From Octopus sinensis (Eukaryota): 64,000 nt of DNA. The notes under the pieces were generated by a model. The model searched no databases and was not told the DNA's origin. It worked only from the letters and a program-made list of their open reading frames with translations. The stretch is taken from contig NC_043004.1 of NCBI RefSeq assembly GCF_006345805.1, positions 56,916,001 to 56,980,000 of the forward strand, written 5' to 3'. Shown piece after piece: positions 38,835 to 51,975 of the stretch (positions within the stretch are counted from its first letter, which is position 1; the number at the start of each line of letters is the position of its first letter). The position numbers were made by a program, and so were the translations under genes.

Positions 38835-39915
38835 TGGGGAGAACTAGAAATAGTTGATTGATAGCTTCTGTTACCTAGGTGACCAAGTCAATAGCGTCGG
38901 TGGATTCTCTAAGAGCATAGCTGCTAGAATAAGAATAGACTTGGCAAAGTACAGTGGCCTTCTACTTCTGCTGGTAACAAAGAGCCTCTCATTGTATGCT
39001 GCATGTGTGCAAACAGCCATGATACACGGCAGTGAAAAATGGACTGTGATTGCTGTGGGCATGCTTAATATTGAAAGCAATGAAGCTAGTATGCTCCACT
39101 TGATGTGTAATGTCAGTGTACATAGACGAAAGAGTGTAAGCGCCCTAAGACAAAATGTTGGACATAAAAATCTTCAGATGCGGTGTGCAAAAGACACAAC
39201 TGCGCTGTATTGCATATGGATGAGGACAGCTGTGTGAAGAAGTGTCACACCCTAACAGTGGAAGGAACCTGTGGAAGAGGTAGACCCAGAAAGACATGGG
39301 ATGAGGAGTTGAAGCACGACCTTCAAACGTTCGGCCCTACAGAGGTATTAACAAGCGACAGAGTCCTTTGGAGATATGCTGTGACTCGTTGTCGATGTCA
39401 CTGTGTCATGACCGGCCCGTTTAAAGGTACGCTTCAATCATCGGGCAATATGCACTGCTTGAGAAGACCTGTTGAGTGAAGCGAAATCGAAGTCATGGCC
39501 GGTGCCAGTGCCGCCTGTATAGCATCCGTGCGGGTGGAAAGTAATGAGCACCATTCGAACGTGGTCGATGCTAGTACCGCCTGGCTGGCTATCGTGCCGG
39601 TGGCACGTAAATGGCATCTACTATTATATGGAGCAGATACACATATATATATATATATACGAAATTATTTTTGCTCTATGGCACATAAAAAGTACCATTC
39701 AAGCGCGGTCAATGACAGTACCGCCTGACTGGTCCTCGTACCGGTAGCACGTAAAAAGCACCCACTACACTCTCGGAGTGGTTGGCGATAGGAAGAGGAT
39801 CCAGCTGCAGAAAACTTACCAGATCAGACTGGTGCCTGGAGAAGATTCCTGGCTTGCCAGTCCTCAGTCAGACCGTCCAACCCATGCCAGCATGGAAAGC
39901 GGATGTTAAAAGAGG
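38835..39915 (+). mobile_element. 5'-truncated RTE-clade LINE (post-RT region and 3' UTR)
   Basis: DSFCYLGDQV, IAARIRI, LYAACVQTAMIHGSEKW, NEASML.LMCNV, MDEDSCVKKCHTLTVEGTCGRGRPRKTWDE. 3' UTR has about 55-nt subrepeats and ends GTTGGCGATAGGAAG...CATGGAAAGCGGATGTTAAA. Confidence 0.88.
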
Positions 39916-40054
39916 AGGAGGAAAGAAAACTCTGAATGACCCTTCTTGATTTCTTTGTATCGTCTATTGGATGTTTTGTTTTCCCTTTCTTGTATCACCT
40001 TATTGTCTGGATGTATGGCGTCCTTATCCCGTTTCGTGTGTGTGTGTGTATGTA

Positions 40055-40100
<46 letters not shown>

Positions 40101-40613
40101 CGGCGTGCGTACACTTTGGTCTCTTATATGTAAGTATCTATTTATCTCAATCTTGTACGACTTCTTTTCTTCTTTTATGCTTTTATGCTTTTTTCGTTCA
40201 TTCCACTCTTCGTTCTTTCGTCTCCCCTCTCTCATATTTCATTGCCTTCTCTTCATGCTCACTTTCCCTCCTCTTTTCACCGCACTGTGTCCCTGTTATA
40301 TTTTCTCTCCCCTCCTTATTTCTTCTGTCTCTCTCTGTCTCTACCCTAATCTCTTCTCTCCCCCACGTCACCGGTGTTTGGCGAAACCTGACCTTCTTGA
40401 TTCGGCCAATGTCCGTGCAACATCTGTATTCTTCCCTATGCTTGTAAAATCTTGTATCCCTGTCTTCACTTCCGCACACGCCAGCTTAATTCAATTCATG
40501 ATTAGTCGAAAGACACCTGTCCTAATATATATATATATATACATTTATATATATATTATGTGTATATATTATATATACACATATATATATATCATGTATA
40601 CATATATATATAT

Positions 40614-40700
<87 letters not shown>

Positions 40701-41235
40701 TGTGTGTGCACACACACGTATATGTATATATATGTATGTACTTTTTATGCATTTGATTTGTAAGATTCCCGGTGTGAAATTGTGTCTTGTAAGATATTCT
40801 TATGTATGTAGATGTAATAATTTTCCTAAACTGCATTCACTATATTCTTGGTCTTCACTTCAGCTTTATTACTATTCTTATTTTGGTGTCCTCTTTTCTG
40901 AAATCTGTCGTCACACTTCATGTGATCTCTGCAATGACTCTCCAGCCCACGTGTATCCTCGTGTCGTATCAAATATACGACCATCTACAAATATATATGA
41001 CCATACACAAATATATCTCCAGTTCTGATGAAATATTTGTTAAAAATTATAATGAAGTATCTTGTATGTTGAAAATCTATATTATGCATCCGAAAATGGC
41101 TGTGTATTTCAAATTGATGTAATACTTGCACTGTTCGATTAAATGGAGCCACCTCATACGGCCGCAATACACTAATACCATGATATCCTTGTTACTTATT
41201 TGCTTATATATGTGTATATGTGTTTGTCTTTGTTT

Positions 41236-41272
<37 letters not shown>

Positions 41273-41553
41273 CAAATTGTGATAGGGGTTGTAAATGCAA
41301 CCCTCCATGGGATAACATATATCCAATATACTGCCAGTGAAGTACCCAACAAAGTTAATACATAAATGTTAAGAATTGCGATGCAATTGTATAACATCAC
41401 TCTTTTATGTACACCCCTTTATGTACACTGTTTTGTTCTACATCATTATGTTTAACCTTATAGTTTCTTATGTGGTGGTTTAATAAAGTATGTGATTGAG
41501 TATTATCTGGTAATTGATATTTGATTTCGATGTATTTCTCCATTTTCTTATTT

Positions 41554-41593
<40 letters not shown>

Positions 41594-42280
41594 ACATACA
41601 TACACACACATACAAAGACATACACGCCCATAGACATGAAAATAAAGTGATAGTTAATACATTATCTACCATTGTCAAATTATAATGCTTTATTATAAAC
41701 AATAATTTTAAAAACGTAATAAGTGGAAATAAAATATCTGATGGAACTAGCTGAAATTTGCCTCAACAGAAAGATATGATAAGTTCAGTAGTAATATAAG
41801 ATATTATGTCGTAAAGGAAACGATATTGCTGACGCCAGAACTTTTGCATTGTCATGGTATATAAAATTATCTGAATTTACCGAATTTCCTAACGAGAGCT
41901 TATGCAAATTTTTTCTCCATCCTTCAACGTCTACAATTTATACACTGGTTATTAAAACAAGTAAAATTCCATTTCAAATTATCGACAAACATTGTGTTAT
42001 ATGATTCGATTATTCCACTCTGTCAGCTGAATGTATTGTTATGCAATTTTTTCTAATCTGTTTCGCTGTTTCCTAGTTTGTATACAATATGTACAGAATT
42101 ATGACCTGCTGATAACTCCGTACATAAGTGCCGGATATAAACATATAAATATTATGTCAAAAATTCAGCTGCTCTGTTATTTGTGTTCTGCTTTGACGAG
42201 ACGGTCGTGTGAAATGAAGTGGACCGCTGTCCCAGATATCTCATACCTACGTTTTGATACGTGTCATATCGAACATTCTG

Positions 42281-42510
42281 GGCGGTGAGCTGGCAGAATC
42301 GTTAGCACGCCGGGCGAAATGCTTTGCAGTATTCGTCCGCCGCTGCGTTCTAAGTTCAAATTCCGCCGAGGTCGACTTTGCCTTTCATCCTTTCGGGGTC
42401 GATAAATTAAGTAGCAGTTACGCACTGGTGTCGATGTAATCGACTTAATACCTATGTCTGTCCTTGTTTGTCCCCTCTGTGTTTAGCCCCTTGTGGGTAA
42501 TAAAGAAAAG
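42281..42510 (+). mobile_element. SINE family 2, full-length monomer
   Basis: GGCGGTGAGCTGGCAGAATCGTTAGCACGCCGGGCG...AGTTCAAATTCCGCCGAGGTCGACTTTGCCTTTCATCCTTTCGGGGTCGAT...GTGGGTAATAAAGAAA. Confidence 0.9.
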
Positions 42511-43867
42511 AAATGATATATGGCTAATTTTAAATGATAAATTTCGGTGTAGATAACAGTTGTGCGCCTTCATTTAAAATTGGGCCAGTACGTCGTTTGT
42601 TTTGTTGTTACTTCGCCGCAGATATATTTTCGTTACCCTCATTTTTAATCAGAATCCTTTTGGATATAACCATCCGACTTCTTTCGGTTATATAGAAGTT
42701 TATTGTTTGATATGTGTTTAGCTTATATTTTGTAGAAGGAGATAACTAGAATAATCTGCGTGAGATTTAACTGTTGTTTCAAGGAGGCATCCTAAATGTT
42801 CCAAATTAAATTGATTCTCTCGGTGGACACCAAATTGTCAGACAAGATAAAGCCCGTTTGATATATGATATTTATTTCTTTTTTGCACTTATTTTATGCA
42901 GAAATATTTTCTTCTTATCTGAATTGATGTAGGGCATATATACTGTGTATATATGTCCTACAGATGAATATATTTTGGAGAGACTGTGAGGATCGAAATA
43001 TAATTCCGTTGTATTTCATGTTCGGGAAAAAATGCTTCCTTGTAGATGTACAACCAGAGTGTAGCCTATGTTATGCTGGCATGCAAATTGTATTCCTAAT
43101 ACTTTGCTATAATACGTTGTTGGAAATTTAAGGGTGGATGCAGTGCTTGAATATATCTGGTACTCCTATATATCCTCGTACCACTTTAGTTATAATAATC
43201 TGGATGTGGTGTGTAAGGGCTATCATTCTTCTCAGCTTGACTGAGTTCAATATAATGAATTAGCTTCAAACTTAATAATATATATCATATAATATATATG
43301 TTTTCTATGCCTTTTCTCAAACTTTTGCATTTGTCTTGTCTTATTGGCAGTTACTGTACAACTTCGAGTCAAAATTTAGAGATAGAACACAGAAAAATAA
43401 GCGAATTTTTGGAGGTAGTGGGGTAGAATAGAGCTGAAATAGCCCTTATAGTTTTTTACGATATGAATGTGCTAATGTTAAAGTGAGGATTGAGAAAAAT
43501 GTGTTATTCCACCGTTAATGTATTTCTAAGTATTGTTATAGAAACTGATAATTAGAAAAATAAATTCTACTGTAGCACTGACACATCAAATACTAGATTA
43601 TATGTTATTATTCTAGATGATTCAAAGAAAAATGAATAATTAATAAAAAAAAATCTCTACCGAATTTTTCATTCTCCACAGACAATATCTTATCTGTTTC
43701 ATTTTTCGTCCATCCCTTTGTATTCAGAAAAACACAAAAATCTATACATAATAACATTACAAAAAGTGAATTATGTTTAGCTTGATCTATCCACATCACC
43801 GGCGACATTATTAAACATATTAAGCATCTAAAATAGATATTTGCAGACATAATAACTCATAAAATTT

Positions 43868-45215
43868 ATGGTAGAATCGTTAACGTGTTGGATAAAAAGC
43901 TGAGTGGCATTTCTTCTGATTCTTTACGTTCTGAGTTCAAATTCTGCTCAAGTATATTTCATTTCCATCATTTCACCGTCGCTAAAAAAATAATAATAAT
44001 AAACCTGAGTACTGGGCAGGATGTCGCCCCTTCTCGAATATTGCTGATCTTATACCAAAATATAAACTATTACTATTTATTAGAGCGGCTAGTTGGTGGA
44101 AAAGCTAGAGCTTTGGATAAAAGTCATAGTAGCAATTTTGACTCTTGAACTTATGTGTTCACGTACCTCTTGGGACAGCATTTCGGAGTCGATAAAATAA
44201 TTACCTGTTAACCACTGGAGTCAATGTAACTGATATATAATAACATCCTCAAAAACTGCAGGCCTGGTATCAAAACTTGAAACTCTTACTAAGACGACGA
44301 CCTGGTAGAATCATTAAAACGCCGGGCAAAATGTTTAGCTGCATTTTGTCCGTCTTTTCGTTCTGAGTTCAAATTTCACTGTGGTTGACTTTGCCTTTCT
44401 GAATCGGGGAAAATACGTCCCATTTGAACAATAGAATCGAGGAAATCGATTTACCCATCCCTAAAGTTGTTGGCCCTGTGCCAAAATCTGAAACCAGCAC
44501 GCTGGTTAAAATGCTTAGCGGTATGCTGTCTGTCTTTTCATTCTTTCGAGGCCAATTAAATAAGTACCAGTTACGCACTGGGGGTTAATGTAATCGACTT
44601 AATCCCTTCGTCTGTCTTTGTTTGTCCCCTCTGTGTTTAGCTCCCTGTAGGCAACATATTTATGGTAGTTAAGGCGGCGAGCTGGCAGAAACGTTAGTAC
44701 GCCGCGCGAAATGCTTAGCGATATTTCTTCTGCCGTTACGTTCTGAGTTCAAATTCCGCTGAGGTCGACTTTGCCTTTCATCCTTTCGGGGTCGATAAAT
44801 TAAGTACCAGTTACGTACTAGGGTCGATATAATCGACTTATTCCGTTTGTCTGTCCTTGTTTGTCCTCTCTGTATTTAGCCTCTTGTGGGTACTAAAGAA
44901 ATAGGTATTTCGTCTGCCGCTACGTTCTGAGTTCAACATTCCGCTGAGGTCGACTTTGCCTTTCATCCTTTCAGGGTCGATTAAATAAGTACCAGTTATG
45001 CACTGGGGTCGATATAATCGACTTAATCCGTTTGTCTGTCCTTGTTTGTCCTCACTGTGTTTAACCCCTTGTGGGTAGTAAAGAAACAGGCATGTTGTCT
45101 GTCTTTACTTCCTGAGTTCAAATTCCGCTAAAAGTCGACTTTATTTTTATCTTTTCGGGGGTCGATGACATAAGAACTAGACAAGTACTGGGGTCGATAT
45201 AGTTGACTTCCATTT
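43868..45215 (+). mobile_element. Cluster of at least six SINE family 2 copies or units, including a head-to-tail trimer
   Basis: Copies begin near 43868, 44170, 44300, 44505 and 44672; tandem units at 44720-44903 (184 nt), 44904-45088 (185 nt) and 45089-about 45215. Confidence 0.85.
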
Positions 45216-45231
45216 CCCCTTCTTCTTCTCC

Positions 45232-45246
45232 TCCTTATCATCATCA

Positions 45247-45305
<59 letters not shown>
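45232..45305. repeat. (TCA)n-(TTA)n microsatellite
   Basis: Directly visible. Confidence 0.95.
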
Positions 45306-45652
45306 GTCTTCTGCCATCACTGCAGACGTCTTTCTCTTATCATTTTTAGTTCGTTTGGATATCAATATTTTAAAACTTCATGGAAGAACAACATTTTAGA
45401 TTTATCTTCTTACAGCATTTGTTTGAACCGTTGGAATTCTGCCCATCCGGGGTACAGACGAACAAAGAATTATGTCGTTAGAAAAAAAAGATTATTTTAT
45501 TATCTTGCTTACGTATACATAAATATGGCAACACTAAAACTCACCAAATCCTAAATCGTTAGAATTTTCACGGAGTTGAATCCACATCTCCATTCTCCTC
45601 CATCTCTTCTTACTATAATAACAACAACAACAACAACAACTACTACTACTAC

Positions 45653-45735
<83 letters not shown>

Positions 45736-46068
45736 GGGAGCATCATAGCCATGTGTTGAGAAGGATTCTTTGGGGTTTGAATAATTCACCTCTGGAAACA
45801 TGGGTGTTTCGTTCAACGCCCTTAAACAACCCTTATTCAGGGACCTTTTGAGCGGGATGGGTTACTCGATCTGAAGAAAATTCTAACTGGGCTCCACCTG
45901 CAAGGTCATGTGCTGTTTATCTTGATATGAGATCACCATGTAGCGCACATATGGTTGTGATGCATGTGCCTGGTGTACCCTTATCAGACGGGTAGTCATG
46001 ATGGGTATACTGGGCTTCGTATATTTTACCCCAGTGTCACTTTGATGGCATGCTCTGCTCGCTCACTC
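45736..46068 (+). mobile_element. Short non-autonomous element related to the R4/Dong-like 5' region, embedded in (AAT)n
   Basis: 45737-45817 matches 36340-36418 closely. Both flanks (45615-45735, 46069-46200) are (ACA)/(ACT)/(AAT)n tracts. Confidence 0.65.
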
Positions 46069-46122
46069 AATAATAATAATAATAGTAACAACAATAATAA
46101 TAATAGTAGTAACAACAACAAC

Positions 46123-46171
<49 letters not shown>

Positions 46172-46917
46172 GTAACAATAATAATAATAATGACAATAAC
46201 AAGAAGAAGAAGAAGATATAGCCACCCTCGAATGGGGAAGGAAGGGATATTGACATTCATAAGTTTAGATAAGTGTTTCAGAGAGATGCGATTCTAGCGA
46301 TAAATTTGGTAAAGCAACAATAAAGTTAAACTTGATCATACATCCTCTCTCACACGCCTATGTACACACACAAACTTTGCGAAACGGAAATAACTCTGCA
46401 TTTTTCAATGATAGCAATTCAAGAGGAACTTGACTTTCCTCTGTTGCACATACAATTTGCAGCAGACAAACATTGTGTTTGCTATAAATAAACACCTTAA
46501 AGATCGCATAGCAGCACTGGGCTTAAAATCCCCTACCAGAACTTTTGCACATACACGAAAATGAAGAAAAATATTGTAGATGTGCATTGCTAGGCCTACA
46601 TGAGTTACTCGATCCTGTTAAACGGGACACAGATGGTGATATGATGCTTGTCTCTCGTAGTCCAAGAAAGTCAGTTTCGCAAATTTTTGCTGAACAACCT
46701 TATATATGATTCGTTTACAGTGTGTGCTGTGCATTAGCTCATTCCCCCTTCCCCCACATGAAACCAAGTTTGTCTGAAAAGGTGCACGTTGTTCCATGAG
46801 TCAGATCTCGAAGTGAACGTAGATCCATGAATGATGAGGTGTTTTCGTCAAGAACACAACGCACCATCCTGTCCAGGAATTGTAACAATAATATCCCGAT
46901 CGTGAATGTAACAATTT

Positions 46918-47155
46918 AACCTATTTCTTTACTACCCACAAGGGTCTAAACACAGTGAGGTCAAACAAGGACAGACAAACAGATTTAGTCGATTATATCG
47001 ACCCCAGTGCGTAACTGGTAATTATTTAATCGACCCCGAAAGGATGAAAGGCAAAGTCGACCTCGGCGGAATTTGAACTCAGAACGTAGCGGCAGACGAA
47101 ATACGGCTACGCATTTCACCCAGCGTGCTAACGTTTCTGCAAGCTCACCGCCTTA
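46918..47155 (-). mobile_element. SINE family 2, full-length monomer
   Basis: Reverse complement of the 42281 and 44672 copies; ends ...GGGTAGTAAAGAAATAGG on the minus strand. Confidence 0.9.
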
Positions 47156-47938
47156 TAACAATTTAACCACTAGGCCGTGCGTCCTTAACAATGCAACGGT
47201 TACGGAACGCATAAAGCATTTTACGGTTGTTTTAAAATCTGATGGCGTGGCATTTCAACAAACCGAATTATTGTTTAAACGTATCTCGAACATGGAACAA
47301 AAGAAGGGCGAAGATCAGCAGAAGTAGAGATGGTTATGTGGTCGGTTTCTAGAGATATGATCTCACAAAACCATTCGATCCCGATGTTATACACTATATT
47401 AAGTACTAAAATTAGGGTTTGGGGCTGCTCGTTCCTTGTAGCAATACATCTGCGTCACATATAGTAATAAAGGTAATTTATGGGCCTCTGTTTAACGGAA
47501 ACAGGAAACTATGAAGCGATAAAATTGGAATAGGAGTTCTTATGTTATTGGAGTCATGGAAATCCCAACTTCCTTATGTGTTTTAGATCTAATATTTTGT
47601 AAGAAGAATAACCTACGGCAGTAACTTGCAATTCTGATTAAATGTCAAGGGAAAATTGTGATTTAGGGTACTGTGATTTCATTGACATTAATATATCTCA
47701 TCCTTCTGCGAGTGAGTTATCCAAAATAAGTTAAATTATCTTCTTTACTTAATTCAAACGGCAGGAGAGAAAGGCTCGAAAAATCAGCATCGTCCTCCAA
47801 CAACATTGCCATTCAATCAATGCTGTCGACTCTTCCATGCAAGAATTGGTCTACAAAATCATCAACAGTTTCACCATAAAGGAAGAGTTCAGCAAAATGG
47901 AAGATTAATAAATATTTGGATACGAGACAAAGCCGACG

Positions 47939-47972
<34 letters not shown>

Positions 47973-49256
47973 CACACACACATACACACACACACACAGA
48001 GGCACACATCGTACGCACACATTTAGCTTCATTGTTTTATTTATTTAAATCATATCTTGTTTTACATATATTTCGTTTCATATGCTCTGTTTTGAAAGTT
48101 TATCAAGCTATGATATACACTGCTAGTTACCTTACCTGTGACCACTACTAGTTTATATCATTTACCTTGCTCCTCTGCAAGGTAAATAATTTTTTTTCAT
48201 ACCAATGTGTAACTTTGTGTTTTGCAAATTTCACGCTCTCTATTGAATGTCTGTAACTCTTTAACGCTTAGATTATTTTGTCTGAAAATGCTAGGGGTAT
48301 GTGATCAACTAGTTGCTTCCGTTATACTAAAAACATAATTTTATAAAGGCTTAGACGTTTATATATTTTACAATCCCAATCAACGTATGGACTCGACTCC
48401 CAAACCGAAGCAAGTCTAGGAAAGAAATAGCCCCAGTAAACAAACTGACAGTTATAGCAAAGTAAACGATATCCGATTAATTACATAACAACGTGACATT
48501 ATACATTAACAGACCTTTCATTTAGTGCGTCTACACTTTCAATATCAATAACACCGGCGGCTTTTTGCTTTGGATAAATCAGTCTTTTAATTACACATAC
48601 TGTTGATCTAGACACCTGATCAAAACTAAAAGCTAAGAAGTTAACTAAAAATTGTATTTAACTAAAGATGGTTATCTATTTCGATTAGACTTTCAAATAT
48701 CAAACTATATCTGCATATTTACGAACCTATCCCCCAAAGCAAACGGTGTATCTTTCTTAATATAGACACATCATGGAAAACCAAATTACGTTCGATATTA
48801 TCTGTTATAGAGGTTCAATGTTAAACAAAAGAACAAAAACACAAGAATATACTCAAGCAAAAATAATCCAGACAAGCAAAAATCATCCAGAAACGGCGGT
48901 GGTATTGTTAGATTCACATGTCTGCCATTTTAGAACTCGTCAGAAGAAAGTACGCACTGGAAGCCGTTCAGGAAGATAAAATTCCTCGTCACTGGTATGA
49001 AAAAAAGGCGATTGAAAAATCCCTGATACCGAAATTAGGCGGCCTGCTAGATAACGATACGTTATGATCAACATATTTATTGTTAGTTTAAAATAGTAAT
49101 CTGTGTATCATACTTCACGCACATACATCACGAAGAGCTAAATTAACTGCGGTGTTCTGTATATCGATCTGAGATATTATCTCTTGTAGATGGTAGACAT
49201 ACAGTCTATGCACAGAAATATATCAGTAGCAACATTATAAGAGATAGTATATGAAA

Positions 49257-49475
49257 TGGAGGCACGTGGCGTAGTTGTTAGGGTGTTGCACTAATGATCC
49301 TAAGAAAGTGGCTTCGATTTCTGCACCAGGTGACGCGTTGTGTTCTTGGGCAATCACCACATTTCACGTTTGTTCAGTCCACTCAGCAGGCAAACATAAG
49401 TAACCCTGCGAGGGTCCGGTGTCTCGTTCCTGTGGGGAATACGCCATGAAACCGGGACGTCCGATCCTACCCGTC
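49257..49475 (+). mobile_element. Degenerate tRNA-derived SINE, head B + tail Y
   Basis: TGGAGGCACGTGGCGTAGTTG head; GTGACGCGTTGTGTTCTTGGGCAA...CAGTCCACTCAGC body shared with 51135-51450; tail resembles 26463-26560. Confidence 0.65.
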
Positions 49476-49548
49476 GGTGTCATGCGAGAAGGTAACTCTC
49501 ATATTTTAAATCGTCATATTACATTATATGAGAATCAAATAACGAATT

Positions 49549-49550
<2 letters not shown>

Positions 49551-49608
<58 letters not shown>
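49551..49608. repeat. (TG)n microsatellite
   Basis: Directly visible. Confidence 0.95.
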
Positions 49609-49612
<4 letters not shown>

Positions 49613-51134
49613 AATTAGAAAAGTAACCACCTTTTATCAATTCGACAATGATAAATTTAATTATACCATCTAGAAAATTGCATATTATAGAATGATTAGA
49701 TATGAGATAAAACATATAACGATGATTAAGTAATGTGCAAAATAATAGATAAAACGTATATATATATATGGTATATATATAACCCTAAACGTTTGTTCAT
49801 CGGAAAAATGTGTAATCTCAAAATTCGCAAATTTGTATTTGTAAGAGGTAGCATTTTAATAGCATTATTAATCGTAGATAATTAATCGTGTGGTCAATGC
49901 AGTTTGTTAATCCATTAATTAGATACTATAGACATAATTAGCTGAACAACAATATACGCTCCTAAAATCATTGCATGGAATATCGTATACTAAGCATATG
50001 ATATTTTATACACGAACCGTATGTTTAAATGTAAGTGCAATGATTTATACAGCAAGACATATTCGTACATGTACAACGGATATTCACATATATTCAGTGA
50101 TTTATAAGGCTCTAATGGAGATAGATAGAAGTGTATATACATATTATATTTAGTATATATATATTATATATATATTTATGCATATTATATATATATATAT
50201 AGCTTTAATTTAACGTTGTAACACACATACACACCCATACACAGACACACACGCGCGCGCGCATAGATATAGCCACACGCATATATAACGGTAGCATCTA
50301 ACAATGAGAATAAGTACTGAGTGTGCACGTACGCACACAAACACACACATACACAGACACATGCTCACGTACGCACGCACTCACTCACGCACGCACATAC
50401 ACACAATACACACATTCAATTATAATTATATTTATAGTTATACATAAGCAAAAGAGACCAAGCGCATTTGCAAATAAAATTCATATATGCACAATAATTA
50501 TCCGCATACTTGCGAAAGAGTCTTGTATGTTCAATAAAGACCCATATATTTGCAATGGAAATTTAGTGTATGAGCAGCGGAGGTTCATTTAAATAGGGAT
50601 GTAATTACAAAGTTAAGTGTTTCAATCTTCACGGCTTCTGTTATGTGTACAAATTAATACGATTATTACATTACACGAAACTGACCAAATCACCGAGTTA
50701 TATATTTGATTGGCAAGTTTGCAGTTCATAGAAGTGCATCTTAGTTAATTTTGTGGTCAAAGTAGCCAAATATTAAACTGCTTAAATATAATATTGAATC
50801 TGATATTCTAATAATTGACCGCGTCTTTCATCTTCGCTACAGACCTATTTGGTAGTGAAAATGAGATTACTTTGACGTTTTCAACAGTCTTCGTGATGTA
50901 AGCGATGTTAAATAGCCCCAAACTCAGATTGAAGTAATGTAATATTGAAATTTCCTCGACTCAATTTCTTCTTGCTTTTATGGTATGATACCTATCATTC
51001 AGGTTGCATAATATCTATCGAGATTAGATTGAGGAACAATTTCGCGGAGCAGAGAAGCATAGTAGAAAAGCCCTTAGCATTATGGTTGCGTAAAAAAAAA
51101 ATTTCATTTAATCTAAACATTTGAATAATAACTA

Positions 51135-51450
51135 TGTCGGTTATGATGATAAGAGTTGAAGCTGAACTGATCAACGGAATAGCCTGCTCTTGAAATTAAT
51201 GTGCAAGTGGCTGAGCACTCCAGAGACACGTGTACACTTGACGAAGTTCTCAAGGAGATTTAGTGTGACACTGGATGTGACAAGGCTGGTCCTTTCAAAT
51301 ACAAGTACTACTTATTTTTGCCAGCTGAGTGAACTGGAGCAACGTGAAATATAATATCTTGCTCAAGGACACAACGCGTCACAGGGAGATGAAGTCATGA
51401 CCTTGTGATCATGAGCCGAATACACTAATCACTAAGCCAAGAGCCTTCAG
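51135..51450 (-). mobile_element. Degenerate tRNA-derived SINE, head B + tail X
   Basis: Tail ATCAACGGAATAGCCTGCTCTTGAAATTAATGTGCAAGTGGCTGAGCACTCCA matches 31470-31520; body matches 49335-49400. Confidence 0.75.
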
Positions 51451-51607
51451 AAACATTTGCATAATACATACTCTTATCCTATCGAACCAAAAATGTTTGA
51501 GCCTGAGGTTTAGGATCTGGAAGGGTTCGATCATTCAAAGTTCAGTAAATACTTAGTTCTCAGAAAATGTGAAATATATTTGATATAATTTTGTTTAATT
51601 TCTACAA

Positions 51608-51975
51608 TGGCGAGCTGGCAGAAACTTTAAGCACGCCGGGCGAAATGCCTAGCGGTATTTTGTCTGCCGTTACGTTCTGAGTTCAAATTCCGCCGAGGTT
51701 GACTTTGCCTTTCATCCTTTCGGGGTCGATAAAATAAGTACCAGTTACGCACTGGGGTCGATAGAATCGATTTAATCCGTTTGTCTGTCCTTGTTTGTCC
51801 CCCTCTGCGTTTAGCCCCTTGTGGGTAGTAAAGAAATAGGTATTTCGTATGTCCTTATATTCTGAGTTCAAAATTCTGCCGAGGATTTCTTTACCTTTCG
51901 GGGTCGATAAATTAAGTACTAGTTACGTACTGGGGTCGATATAATCGACTGGCCCCTTCTTCAAAGATTTCGGGT
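51608..51975 (+). mobile_element. SINE family 2 dimer (185-nt unit plus a partial second unit with an alternative tail)
   Basis: Unit 51654-51838 restarts at AAAGAAATAG|GTATTTCG. Confidence 0.88.

Noticed and set aside
44672-45215. Regular repeats with internal palindromes suggesting a CRISPR array
   Set aside because: Units are about 185-nt SINE multimers with no unique spacers and no cas genes, in a eukaryotic context.
47765-47908. Protein-like frame ERKARKISIVLQQHCHSINAVDSSMQELVYKIINSF...
   Set aside because: Weak acceptor and no recognisable homology; cannot be supported without a search.
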